63,842 bases of DNA, filler included, from Octopus bimaculoides (GCF_001194135.2; 5 parts of 5 records of this genome joined end to end with filler, not necessarily neighbours in it); one strand, 5' to 3'. Positions 24,869 to 38,150 are shown, counted from the whole stretch's first letter. Translations and numbers: made by a program. Notes: generated from the letters alone by a model not told the origin.

Positions 24869-25369
24869 NNNNNNNNNNNNNNNNNNNNNNNNNNNNNNNN
24901 NNNNNTATTTATCTATCTATCTGTCTGTCTGTCTGTCTGTCTGTCATTCTATCTATGTATCTATATGTCTATCTTTTTATCTATCTATTTATCTATTTAT
25001 CTGTCTATATGTGATTGTTTTATTGTCCACAAGGGACCAAGTCTATGTGTATGTGTGTCTTTTACTTCTTTCAGTCATTGGATTGATGCCATGCTGGAGC
25101 ACTTCCTTGACGGGCTTGAGTAGAGCAAATCGCTCAAAGTACTTACTTTTTTTTTTAAAAAAAGTTTAGTACTTATTCTATCGGTATTTTGGGCCAAACA
25201 ACTAAATAAAGAGGACGTAAACAAACCAGCACATATGTACACTCATAAGTGCACATCACCCAGATACACATATACATCCACACTATGTGTCGCGATTTTT
25301 AAAAAAAATTACTATAAATGGTTTTGATTTATGATACAAACCATTTAAAAACCGGAAACCTATGTATTA

Positions 25370-26140
25370 TCCTGGTGAGGCCAGACAACGAGTATTACTA
25401 TAGGAAAGAAGAATTCCAGTCTGATACTTCATCAAAATCACAACAACCCTTCAGCTATTGAGTTCACACTTTGCAGATATCAAACAATCGATCAATTTTA
25501 CAAATATTTTCAATATTAATGTCCATTCTTTCTGGTGCATTATGGCGGCATATGTTTAAAATATTTGTTGGGCAACCCACTGGAGTTGACGATAGCTTTG
25601 AAAATACTTCGAATTTACAAACATTATTATCATCTTCATCACGCCTGACTCTTTCAAATATCATATTGCAGTTGTCACATGTAAATGTAACACACTTTTT
25701 TCAGAGAGAGAGGCCATATTTTTTCTCGAAAGTTTCATTTACATAATTAACGATTTATTGAGTCTGCAGTCTCATTAGTTATGTTGTTTATTTGATTGTT
25801 TTTTTAACTCAATCAGTGTTGACTGTAGACCATCATTTTTCCAGACAAAGTATTGAATATTTATAAGAAATAGCTTTATTGAAATGTGCTTACTGCCATC
25901 TGTAGCTATTCTATAATACGCTGTCTTATTTTTTTAACAGAACGAGGTGCAAACACAGAATTTATAATTGCTTCTGTCTTTGAGCGATCACTGGAAAAAT
26001 CTACTTTCTGCTTCAATAGCCGAGAAAATCTTTTTAACCAAGCCAGTTGAACAGATCATGGGTGTGAAGCTGTTGCGATATTTAACAGCATCAAATGTAT
26101 AAGTACCTTCTGCAATAGTAACAGCATTTTCTGTTATGCA
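25370..26140 (-). pseudogene. hAT-superfamily transposase relic
   Basis: Frameshifted pieces AEGTYTFDAVKY..MICSTGLVKKIFS, RSKTEAIINSVFAP, NETADSI, VGCPTNILNICRH..MDINIENI and SNTRCL follow the order of hAT transposase motifs (CxxH block, TRW block). Confidence 0.7.
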
Positions 26141-26319
26141 TTAATGACTATTAATGCTGTACATGTTTGCGCTGATCTATTTTGAAGATAATACAGAGTG
26201 CCACAAAAGGAAAAAAAAACGTTCTTGATGAATGTTTCAACAGCAAGCGCACAATATGCACAGGATCTAATCATGATGGTAACAGTAAAAATGATAGAAT
26301 ATTGATTTCAAACTTTGAT

Positions 26320-26640
26320 ACAAGGACAACAATTCCAGGGTATGGATTAAGTCGATTACATTGACCCTAGGGCTCAATTGGGATCTATTTTATCGACCTC
26401 CGAGAGGATGAAAGGCAAAGTCAACCCCGTCGGAATTTGAACTCCGAACGTAAAGACAGATGAAAGGCCGCTAAGTATTTTTCCCGGCGTGCTAACTGTT
26501 CAGCTGACATTTTGGGGAAGAGGAATAGTCGATTACATCGACCACAGCGTTTCACTGGTACTTAATTTATTAACCCCGAAAAGATGAATGGCAAAGTCGA
26601 CCTCAGCAGAATTTTGAACCCAGAACATAAAGACAGACAA
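26320..26640 (-). mobile_element. Two family A SINE fragments
   Basis: Reverse-complement family A bodies (GGCAAAGTCGACC...GAATTT(T)GAAC). Confidence 0.8.
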
Positions 26641-26644
26641 TAAG

Positions 26645-27335
26645 CGTAAGCCAATGTCAACGGTGGTTGCAGAAATTACGAGTAGGAAACTATAGCCTAG
26701 AAGACGAGCCTCGTCCTGGAAGATCTGTAGAGCTCGACGAGGACGTCCTGCAAAGCCTGGAAGAACAAAATCTAATCGTAACTGTTGAGGAACTTGCAGA
26801 GAAGCTTGCATTTGGTCATTCAGCCATTCATCGACACGTGCGTACCATCGGAATATTCAGCAAATTGTGTCGATAGGCCCCTCACAAATTTCCGAGTCTA
26901 ATCCCGGGCAAAGTGTTTAATGTGTACTCTTCTTTGCTGTCACGTCTCACGAATAAACCTTTTTTGAACCGAATAGTGACTGGTGAAAAGAAATGGGTTC
27001 ACTATAAAAATGTCAAGCGCCGAAGAGAGTGGGTAGAAAAAGAGAAACACTGGCACCCCAGGCTAAAAAGATCTTCACCAAGGAAAGGTGTTGTTATTTG
27101 TGTGGTGGGATATGAAAGGTTTAGTCCACTTTGAACGTTTAAACCCAAACCAAACGATAACAAAGGAGATCCACTGTGAGCAGCTTGAGCGGCAAGAAGA
27201 AAAACGGCCATCTTTGGTTTCAAGACGAAAGGTGTTCTTCCATCAGGATAATGCTTGGCTACATACAAAGGGGATGACATTCCAAACGCTGGAGAAGTTT
27301 AAATGGGAAACGATGCCCCACCCACCATACTCGCA
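26645..27335 (+). pseudogene. Mariner (DD34D) transposase relic
   Basis: GNYSLEDEPRPGRS, FLNRIVTGEKKWVHY, VWWDMKGLVHFE, FHQDNA and PHPPYSHEL (YSPDL-like); stops and frameshifts present. Confidence 0.92.
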
Positions 27336-27518
27336 TGAGTTAGAAATTGATATGAACAATCGCTATCTAGTCAGCTTCCACTATACTGGTTAATGACAAC
27401 TGTACTTAACAGTGTTATTAGTTATGACATACAGAGTAAATGTAGTGGAACTAATTACTTAGACTTGTGTCTATCTTAATGTTCTGGCATACATACACAC
27501 GTGCATATATATATACAT

Positions 27519-27585
<67 letters not shown>

Positions 27586-28668
27586 NNNNNNNNNNNNNNN
27601 NNNNNNNNNNNNNNNNNNNNNNNNNNNNNNNNNNNNNNNNNNNNNNNNNNNNNNNNNNNNNNNNNNNNNNNNNNNNNNNNNNNNNNNNNNNNNNNNNNNN
27701 NNNNNNNNNNNNNNNNNNNNNNNNNNNNNNNNNNNNNNNNNNNNNNNNNNNNNNNNNNNNNNNNNNNNNNNNNNNNNNNNNNNNNNNNNNNNNNNNNNNN
27801 NNNNNNNNNNNNNNNNNNNNNNNNNNNNNNNNNNNNNNNNNNNNNNNNNNNNNNNNNNNNNNNNNNNNNNNNNNNNNNNNNNNNNNNNNNNNNNNNNNNN
27901 NNNNNNNNNNNNNNNNNNNNNNNNNNNNNNNNNNNNNNNNNNNNNNNNNNNNNNNNNNNNNNNNNNNNNNNNNNNNNNNNNNNNNNNNNNNNNNNNNNNN
28001 NNNNNNNNNNNNNNNNNNNNNNNNNNNNNNNNNNNNNNNNNNNNNNNNNNNNNNNNNNNNNNNNNNNNNNNNNNNNNNNNNNNNNNNNNNNNNNNNNNNN
28101 NNNNNNNNNNNNNNNNNNNNNNNNNNNNNNNNNNNNNNNNNNNNNNNNNNNNNNNNNNNNNNNNNNNNNNNNNNNNNNNNNNNNNNNNNNNNNNNNNNNN
28201 NNNNNNNNNNNNNNNNNNNNNNNNNNNNNNNNNNNNNNNNNNNNNNNNNNNNNNNNNNNNNNNNNNNNNNNNNNNNNNNNNNNNNNNNNNNNNNNNNNNN
28301 NNNNNNNNNNNNNNNNNNNNNNNNNNNNNNNNNNNNNNNNNNNNNNNNNNNNNNNNNNNNNNNNNNNNNNNNNNNNNNNNNNNNNNNNNNNNNNNNNNNN
28401 NNNNNNNNNNNNNNNNNNNNNNNNNNNNNNNNNNNNNNNNNNNNNNNNNNNNNNNNNNNNNNNNNNNNNNNNNNNNNNNNNNNNNNNNNNNNNNNNNNNN
28501 NNNNNNNNNNNNNNNNNNNNNNNNNNNNNNNNNNNNNNNNNNNNNNNNNNNNNNNNATATATTTATATATATATATCCACACAAACACACACCTCTATGC
28601 AAACATAACTGCGCGGGTAAGTATGTTTGAGAAAGAGAGAGAGAGAGAGAGTAAGAGAGAGAGAGAGT

Positions 28669-28703
<35 letters not shown>

Positions 28704-29248
28704 GGAAATCGTAAGAAATGGTATGTGAGAGAGAAAAGTGAATGAATGGAAAAAAAATATATCTAAAGGGCAAAAGTAAAAGTGGGATTAGAGTAAATCA
28801 ATAATAGAAAATTGAGAAGAAGAGAAAGTGAGAGATACGTAGTGGTGGTGGTTGGGGGACGGGGGAGAAAATGGTGATAAGACGGAAGAGTCAAAAAATC
28901 GAAGTGATTTCGATAGATGAAGTTGGGAAAGACTAAGAGATGAAGTAAGAGGGAGATGGCGAGAAAGGACAAAGGAAGGTGAAGCAGCAGAGCGCCGATG
29001 TTCCGCTTCCCGCCACTATGGGTTTTACGAGGAAAGAAAAGAAATTTATAACCAACTAAAAGTGCAATACAAATACATATGAAATATATTGTCGGGTGCA
29101 AGTGTACTCTTGGTGGTGGTCATAAGTTTGTGGTGCAGTATTGACGTGTAATGTGTGATAATTATATAGAAGAACGAATGCGGCGAGTTGGTAAAATCGT
29201 TGGCCGGACAAAGTGCTCAGCAATCTTTCTTCCCCTCCATTACCCACA

Positions 29249-29649
29249 AAGTGGCGAGCTGGCAGAATCGTTAGCAGGCCGGGCTAAATGCCTAGCGGCG
29301 ATTCGTCTGTTTTCACGTTCTGAGTTCAAATTCTGCCGAGGTCGACTTTGCCTTTCATCCTTTCGGAGTCGATTAAATAAGTACCAGTTACGCACTGGGG
29401 TCGATATAATCGACTTAATCCGTTTGTTTCTCCTTGTTTGTCTCCTCTGTGTGTAGCCCCTTGTGGGCAGTAAAGAAATAAGAAACGTTAGCACGCCGGG
29501 CGAAATGCTGAGCGGTATTTCGTCTGTCTTTACGTTCTGAGTTTAAATTCCGCCGAGGTCGACTTCGCCTTTCTTCCTTTTGGGGTCGATAAATAAAGTA
29601 CCAGTTGCGTATTGAGGTCGAATTTCGGGCCTTGTGCCTAGAGTAGAAA
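29249..29649 (+). mobile_element. Dimeric family A SINE
   Basis: Full unit to ...GTAAAGAAATAAG, fused to a second unit starting AAACGTTAGCACGCC and ending GCCTTGTGCCTAGAGTAGAAA. Confidence 0.8.
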
Positions 29650-30055
29650 AGAGTATTCCTTAATTATATCAATAGCCTGTTTAAAATTTATGACATATGG
29701 ATTGTGCATATGCAGCGCGCTATGCAAGCCTCGCAGCATGTTCTCATTAATGTCATTGCCTGCTCCTCAGAATGACAACCTGTTTCTCATCTCATTTTCA
29801 GTGTCAACGAAATATAGCTGTGCGTAGACTGGCTTCGTATTTACTGCTGGTAGGAGACTTTCTATGCGGTGGTACAACTTTCCTTGAATTTGGAAAGTAG
29901 GCATAAAAGTGCAACCACCCGGTGGTCCAACAGGTGGATTATCCAGTCCAAGTGAAGCCATAGCCAGTCAATTATTGTAGTCTCGAATTTTCTTCAGAAA
30001 CATTTGACTGTATAGATTAACATCATAATACTTAGCTATTAATCCTGACGGCGTT
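29650..30055 (-). pseudogene. Helitron Rep-helicase N-terminal segment (inverted)
   Basis: FLKKIRDYNN*LAMASLG...PTFQIQGKLYHRIESLLP...PVYAQLYFVD...NPYVINFKQA matches the Helitron-like N-terminal region. Confidence 0.85.
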
Positions 30056-30065
30056 TTTATCTGTG

Positions 30066-30145
30066 TAACTCAGAAAGTACCAGCAGACGAAATACCGCTA
30101 AGCATTTCGCCCGGCATGCTAACGTTTCTGCCAGCTCGCTGTCTT
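30066..30145 (-). mobile_element. Family A SINE head
   Basis: Reverse complement AAGACAGCGAGCTGGCAGAAACGTTAGCATGCCGGG...TTCTGAGTT. Confidence 0.85.
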
Positions 30146-31113
30146 GGAATACTCTGCACCAAGAAAATGCTCTTCCAGTGATATTATTATGTCATGACAA
30201 ACGGCTTATACCCGCTAGGTCACATGAGAGAACCTATAATCCACCGATTGCAATAGAAGTTGCTGTGATCATGATGGGAGATGATAGCAATAATTCAAAC
30301 ATTAAACCTGTGGATGTTGTTGTGCAGTACATGAAAATAAGTGATTCCAGAGGAAAACTTCCCCAAAAGACAAGGCTACTGGTTATTGACGACGATACAA
30401 TGGGCCATATGCATGTCTATAAATGTGTTGATCGCAGTCTCGGAGAAATTAGTCAAGAACATGATAAGTTGTTTGTCGATCTGACTGTTTTGTTTTCTGG
30501 AGACTGGAAGCAGATCTTGCCCGCGGTGCAAAGATTGTTCATACCACATTAAAACAGTCGTATATTTGGAACCATGTCCAAAACCTGCTGTTGACTGTCA
30601 ATATGAGAGTCCAAAATTCTGGTGGTGATGACAGTGAGTTCACATCCTATCTTGACCAGCTGGGGAATGGAAGTCCTCCACCGCATTTGATTGACTCTAC
30701 AAGGCTACAGGTCCTTTGTGGCGTTATCTTCAGGGTTATTCACGAGAAGTATGGAGAGGGACTATGGATGAGCAGCAGAGCCATCATTACTCCTACAAAC
30801 AAGGCTGGTGAAGAAGTGAATACAGTTGTCATGTCGAAACTTCTACAAGGAGATAGTAAAACTTATCGAAGCTACGAAAACGAGACTGAGTTCTGCTGGA
30901 AGTGATCAATGATCTCAATCCATCAGGGTTTCTATCACACATTTTGGTTTTAAAGAAGAACTCTTTCCTTATGCTGCTCAGAAACCTTGATCCAGCAGGA
31001 GGCCATTGCAACGGATCAAGATAGGTAGTCTTGAATCTGCACAGCAACTTTATTAAAGCAGAAGTGGCCAACGGGACACATGCTGGAATCCGAATAATGA
31101 TACCACGAATTCC
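30146..31113 (+). pseudogene. Helitron Rep/PIF1 helicase relic, internally deleted
   Basis: HERTYNPPIAIEVAV joined to LLVIDD..M, LFSGDWKQILP, LTVNMRV..LGNG, RAIITPTN and MLLRNLDPAGGHCNGSR...IMIPRIP (PIF1 motifs). Confidence 0.9.
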
Positions 31114-31199
31114 AGATCATCATAAACATCCTCATCCTCCTCCTCCTCCTCATCCTCATCCTCCTCCTCCTCCTCCTCATGATCATCATCATCATCATC

Positions 31200-31264
<65 letters not shown>

Positions 31265-31265
<1 letters not shown>

Positions 31266-31475
31266 GGCGGCGAGCTGGCAGAGTTTTAGAATGCCGGGCA
31301 AAATGTTGAGAGGCACTTCGTCAGTCTTTATGTTCTAAGTTCAAATTCCGCCTAGGCTGACTTTGCCTTGCATCTTTTCTGGGTCGATAAAATAGGTACC
31401 AGTTGAGTACTGGGGTCGATGTACTCGACGTACCTCTTTCCTCTAAAATGCTGGCCTTGGAGCAAAATTTGAAAT
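31265..31475 (+). mobile_element. Family A SINE
   Basis: GGCGGCGAGCTGGCAGAG head, body and (AAT)n tail. Confidence 0.8.
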
Positions 31476-32173
31476 AATAATAATAATAATTATTATTATT
31501 ATTATTTGTTATATTGTTGTTGTCTTTGTTGTTATTGTTTTTGTTATTGTTGCTGCTGTTATTGTTCTTGTTTCGTAAAGACGTGTTCTCTTGAGTTTTG
31601 TGGTTTAGTGAGTGGGTTTTAAATCGAAAAGTGTTAATTTTAAGTGCAGCTACTGCAACACCAGAAATATATCCAGTTAATTGCTCCTATCATTTTTCTA
31701 CTTTGGGGGAAAATAAAAAATTTTTTCCTTTGTATTTTGAGAAGAAATTTTTCTTTTCATTTCTAAATTGACAAAATGGCTTCGAGCGGGAACACCCACA
31801 TAATAGCGAACTCTGGCAAATACACTTCTACAGACAGTAAACAACAAAAAGAAACAAAAAAGAACACGGACAAGAATACTTTGCAGTAGAACATTTAAAA
31901 TTTAAAAGGAAAAACGAAAAAGATTATGACTTTTCTATCGATAATGAATTACCGATTAATTTCAGCGAGTTGTTTAGTAATATTCAAAACACTCACACAC
32001 CCACACGCCATTTTGCTGAGCAAGAATTTTATAAATGGAAGTATTTTTACATACATTAATGACATTTTGGACGTGAATAGTAGCTACTGGCTGGAAAAAA
32101 AATGTGGCAGCGCTGTGCCACAAAAGATTCCTTCTCTGAGAAATGTGCCTAAGAACAGGCAATGAAAAAATGA

Positions 32174-32620
32174 TATTCGAAGAGGTATCAAAAAGTTCCC
32201 GGACTAGTTCTGTAGCGCACCAACAGATGGTAGCACACAGTTGTGTGTGCAGTGAGATGTAGTAGTGACCTTCATGAGGCAGTGTGCCGGGTGACATCGC
32301 TGTTTACTTCGTAAGTTGTGAAATCTATGTTTTTGTAATCACGTATATGCTGTAGTCTGCGATTTTGTCACGGAGAGGAACAAAGAGCCAACGGGAAATT
32401 TTGCGTTTAACTTGGGAAGTCTGCTACAGAGATATTGAGCATGCTTGCTTCGGCCAGCTTACAACGATGATGCAATGGGGTCGTACGCAATGTGTCGAGT
32501 GGCACGGGAACTTCAAAGCGGAAGAACGTCCTTGGAAGCCGATGCGCGATCTGGGAGACTTGCCACGAGCGTCACCATCGGAAATGTGATATACATTGTA
32601 CATCGAGAATTCGTCCCATA
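32174..32620 (+). pseudogene. Mariner 5' end with HTH-coding relic
   Basis: TIR-like GAAGAGGTATCAAAAAGTTCCCGGACT; frameshifted EEQRANGKFCV*LGKSATEILSML...CVEWH..FK.GRTSLEADARSGR. Confidence 0.8.
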
Positions 32621-33240
32621 GAGTCAAAACGTCAATCGTACATATACCTTGTTAAGAGATGGTGGATACTTTCTGTAAGCCCCAAAATGACCAGTTAAAC
32701 TATGTGCTGACTTATATATTGACAAGCGTAAGGTTTATGAATTAGGTCAAGGCATGCGGAGTAGTATATTTAGTCTTCAAAACAGAAAAGATATTGAGGA
32801 GGTCAGGAGGTGATAGTACGATACACACCTACACATATATTTTTCACTGTAGCACAATTCGATAGTAATAACCAGGCGCGTTGGAATCGTGATTGAATGC
32901 TTCGTAGGTGGCATGAACAGAGATGATGGAAAATGATATATGATCGACAGAGCTCAGAATAGATTGCGATTCCCTTCAGAGCCATCCCGAAATCTTCTTC
33001 AGTGCTGGAATTGAAATAAAAACGAAGATTCTGGATATGTGGGACACAAAGCCAAGCTTGTATATTTCAACATGCAAAAATCCTTTGATAGCTTTTTGTA
33101 TTGCCCCATTCGGGGTCAATAAACGAAAGTACCAACCGAGTACTGAAATCGACGTAATCTACTAGTCCCTCCCTCCAAGAATTTAGGCTTCATGTCAAAA
33201 TTTGAAGCCATTATTGACACTAGTGGTATTATTATTATTA

Positions 33241-36200
33241 TTTATATGTTTCACTTTTGCTTTTTATTTGTACAAGTTGGCTCCAAGTCTCATCCAGAGA
33301 CCTCAAGAGACAACAAGTTAGAAGTTCATGTTGGTGTTATGTCTAGGGTGTGATATATTTGGTTTTGAACATCCAGAGAATGTTTAAGAAAACATAAGAA
33401 AATTATGAGTTTGTTTTAAGATTTGAGATTATATAGACAGTATTTTACGTAGGATATGGGTAGTTCCCATGAGCACTATCTTTTGAATTTCTGCCATTTT
33501 GGGGTCTCCAGGTATCTGGGCTAGGTAGGAATCAGCCCTTTTTGCTATCATTCCTAGGGTACCTATGATAACAGGCATTGTTTTAATCTTGAGGTTACAC
33601 ATTTTGCCAATTTCTATTTCAAGATCTTTATACTTGCTCAGTTTTTGGCAGGTCTTCACAGATGCATTTATGTCGATTGGGACAGTCATATCAATTAGGA
33701 GGCATGATTTTTGTCTGAAGTCTTCCAATATATTGTCTATCTTTCTGCCAGTTTAAATGGTAAGGTTCCAGAGGAGTGAGATGTGATCATTTTCAAGCAC
33801 AGTGCTTGAAAATGATCATATCCAGTTTTTATCATGGGGTAGGTCCAGGTTTTTGCACATTACCCAGTGAATATACTATGCTGCTTTATCTTGCCTGTTG
33901 AGATGCTCTGTAGGTCCAAGAAGACTGCATATGGAGACAACATGATCAAAGGTTTCATTTTGTTGTTGACATACACGACATGTCTGGCTACTGCCATTCT
34001 TTAATATGTTGGCCTGGTAGTTTCTTGTCAGTAGATATTGATCTTGGGCTGCCATGATAAACCCTTCTGTTTCTGATTTTAAGCCAGAAAACACTAACAA
34101 TTGATGGGTCAGAGCTTTGTCAACATCGGCACTATAAGCTCTCTTTGGGTACTTGCCATTTGAGAAGTTTTTCTTGCCATTTATCAGTAAGAATATCTAA
34201 GGCAGCAGTTTAGCACGAGTTTTCATACGCTTAGCTTTTTCTGTGCTTGTTTCCAATTACGTCTAATTCTGGGATTTGTTGTATTTGGAATTCACTCAGA
34301 TATTCCTCTGCCTGTTTTGTTACTGAGTATACTGCTTTCTTGTTTTCGTGCTTTAAGACAAGCCTTAACATCCATTCATCAGAGTTTTTCAGGTAGGTGT
34401 TTAGGCGAGTTGTGCCAATCTTCATTGTTAATTCCAGTTGTAAAAGTCCACAGCCACCCTCTTTTCTTGGCTGGTAAAGTTGTTCTATGTCTACCTTAGG
34501 TGGGGTGCATTCTATGCATTGTCAGCAATTTTCGTATTTTTCTGTCAAGGTTACATATTTCAGTAATTGACCACTTAATGATATTGGGACTGTAAGTCAC
34601 GACCGGTATGTCTAAAGTATTGATCGCTTCGATTCCGCTTCTTGTATTCACCTCTGTCTTGAGTATTGCCCTTACTCTGCGATAACATCATCTTCTTTTC
34701 CTTTCCTTCATCATTGAATGTTTGATTCCATCACCTTCAAATAACCCTAACTGCTTTATAACATTCTGCTGGTCATGATTAACGTTAGATGTTTCTGTCA
34801 TTTTTCTTTCGATAGAGGTAGCTTTCGCTCATTTATCGAGGCCAAATTGCATCCTGATGTCATCACTGAATTGCTTAACAATTGCTAGTAAGCCCTGTAG
34901 TTGTTGGTCATATTTTTTTTCCAATGAGCTTTAAATCATCCCTGTAAATGAGATGATTTATATTTTTATCAAGCATTTTATAGCCATATTGTACATCATC
35001 GAGCAATGTTAAGAGAGGTATTAAGGCTAGATAAAAGAGGAATGGTCAGAGAGTCACCCCGGAAAATGCCACACGAAATTCTAACATCTCCAGCATTAAG
35101 AGATTCGTTGTCACTGTCCAAAGTCAGTGTGGTTCTCCATGATCTCATACTTACAGACAAAAAGTTTCGCAGAGTATGTGCTATTTTATACATTTCCAGA
35201 CATTTCTTAATCCAGTTATGTGGTAGACTATCAAAAGCTTTCTTATATCTACCCAGGCTATCGAGAAGTTTTTGTGTCATTTGTGACAATCTTCCAAAAT
35301 CATCTTATTGATGAGTAGCTGATCTTTACAACCATAGGACCTACGTTTACATCCTTTTTGCTCATTAGGGAATATGTCAGTTTCTATTAGAAAACTATAG
35401 GTATATTCAGCGAAGACAGTTGTTAGCATTTTATACGTTGTTGTTAAGCAGGTTATGGGTCTATAATTTTTTGGTTCACTTGTTTCTTCATTTTTTGGAA
35501 GTAGGAATGTTACACCATTAACTAGCCAAGAGGGAATCATACAAGGTTGTTGCAAAACATTGTTGTAAAGTTTTGTTAGCAATTCATGACTCTCTGGGAA
35601 GCCATTCAACCAGAAGTTATAAATTTTATCCTTTCCTGGAGACTTCCATTTGCTTGACTTCCTGAAAGTAGATCTTCTTACATCCACTACGTTGATACCC
35701 TCCCACTTTTGCTCTTCTAAGGAGTCTAAGTCTGTAGATATTCTATCAATCCAAGGATGCTTTTCATTGTGTGCGTTTTTCTGCCAAAATTTTATTCCAA
35801 ATTCCTGCACTTCTTTTTATGGGACAGCCTTTACTGTAACAGATATTTTCGCTGTATTTCTGTAAAAATTTTGAGGTTATTTTTGAACTTGTTATCCTTG
35901 AAGAATCTAGCGCGCTTTTCATACCTTGCTATGCTGGCAGCTTTACCACATATCTTTTGCTTGATAGTTTTTATGGTGGTATCGATGTCAAATATGGTTT
36001 TCATATTATATTTTTATGTACTGTTTGGATTTTTGTTGGTTTTATAGTCTTGTCAATTTTAAGGTTTTTTAAACATTCTATGTCAGACCTAAGTAGCTGG
36101 ATTTGGTGTTGAATACACTCTTGCCAAGTAGGCTTTTTGTAGGAATGTTGTCGTTTTCTAATCTTTTCACCACATAAAATCGTTGAGAATTTCGCGGATG

Positions 36201-37240
36201 CATAGTACAGGTGGTTGAGATTTGTAATACCAACATCATTTGCTGAAATTATATCCTTAAGTGCAAGGCGGATTTTACCTGTTACTTGCAGGTTTTGGTT
36301 ACAATTGCAATTTTTTGGGAGAATATCACGTTCATTCATACTGGTTTCTTTAATTTTCAGCCATTCAATCATGGTTTGATTTTTTAAATCATGTATTTCT
36401 GTTGGATCGATTTCTGTGTGACTTTCTTCATCTACTTGATTTTCATCTGCCTTAGTGTTTATGGTTGGTTGAGAGAGTATTTCACTTTGCTTATCAGTTA
36501 CATTAACTCTTTCGATCATTATTGCATTTTCATCAGACCTGGGCTGGTCTATAATTATTTCCTCTATAGTATCTTCTTTAGATGCAACTTCGTTCTTTTT
36601 ATCTCTTACTGATTGTTTAATTTGGTCCATCTCTAATTCAGTTAGTAATTTCTGTTTCATAATGTTTCTTCTGACGTTGGCAACTTTGTTACTGTCTATG
36701 TAGGGTTTTACTTCAAGGTGTTTCTGTCTCCAGTTTAAATAGGTCTGTATAGTATTAGATTTATTTGTGGGGAAATATATCTTATGATAGAAGGCCCTAA
36801 GAACTTCTTTATTATCTCCCCTAGACCATTTTGCATTCTTTATCTTTTGGTTATTTGATAATGAGCATGAATGGCCACCTGTTGTGGGATACTTCCAGCT
36901 CTTGTGTTTCGGGAAGATTTGATTTTGAATTTGGTTCATCATTCGTGTACGCGGTCTTTGGTGTTTCGGGTGATGGCCGATTTGGTTTGTATTTTGCTTT
37001 GTTATCATTGAGGCATGACGAGCTTGGACGTTGACATTTGGGGAGATATCTGTCTGTTTAGAGTTAATTTTTTGAGACAACACCGCCTCCGAGTTCTCTG
37101 CATTAAAACATTGCTCATAACGCATCTCCTTAAGGCTATAAGATCTTTTATTCATCTGTATTTTTTTATTGATAGATTTCTCTCCGGGCATAACTCTGTT
37201 GTGGTGTTTTTAAACTTATGAATTGTTCACTCTGTGTTAG
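33241..37240 (-). mobile_element. Near full-length Dong/R4-type RLE non-LTR retrotransposon, decayed
   Basis: N-terminal KWSRGDNKEVLRAFY block; RT motifs KNYRPITCL, EQKGC, KAFDSLPH, GIFRGDSL and HLIYRDDLKL; CCHC CRVC..ETFDHVVSIC; RLE tail IDMTVP...KLSKYKDLEIEI. The 3' end abuts (TAA)n. The 5' boundary is uncertain. Confidence 0.9.
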
Positions 37241-37753
37241 TTCGAAAAATAAAAAAATGTCTTTTTTTTGTTTTTGCTTCGTTTGTAACGCGTGTTTTCA
37301 TATGCGTGTATGTATGTCCTGTAAATTTCACGTAGTTATGTAAACATTGGGATGCATGTATAAACCTATGGCTATTAAAATGTATGATCGTGTAGACATC
37401 CGAGTGTATGCGTAATTACTCAATTTATGTACTTACTGTTTTGTTCCATTTCTATTTTATAATTTGTAAACTTTCTGGTGTTGAGATCGTGTGTGCGTTT
37501 CGCACATGTTTCACTGAGACATCGTGCATAGGAGAAACTGTGCTATAGCAGTAAAATTTCGTTTTTGTGATTATTTTCGTTAAAAGGCCGCTTCCTTCAA
37601 GTCTTCCACAGGTTCCTCCGATGTTATTAAATTAGATTTGTTTTGAATGGAGAGCTCGGTGTAGCACATCCAAGTTGTTATTCAGCGCGGAGCGGAATAT
37701 TATTATTATTGTTGTTGTTGTTGTTGCTGTTGTTGTTGATGTTGTTATTAATG

Positions 37754-37823
<70 letters not shown>

Positions 37824-38085
37824 GGCGTATACCCATCATGACTAACCGTCTGATAAAGGTGCACCTGGAACATGTATCACAACCATATGTGCATGACATG
37901 GTGATCTCACATCAAGGTAAACAACGTAAACAACCTTGCTGGTGAGGACCAGTTAGAATTTTTTTCAGGTCGACTAGGCAATCCCGCTCAAAAGATCCCG
38001 GAATAAGGGTTGTTTATGGATATCTGAAATGTAGATTATGCAAATTAGAAGTGGAAAGCGTTATTATTATTATTATTATTATTAT

Positions 38086-38150
<65 letters not shown>

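Noticed and set aside
31016-31316. Pro/His/Tyr-rich or acidic ORFs
   Set aside because: Trinucleotide microsatellite abutting the truncated Helitron.
37643-37945. Poly-Leu signal- or transmembrane-like ORF
   Set aside because: (TTA)n/(TTG)n microsatellite without convincing splice sites, unlike the 15126 candidate.
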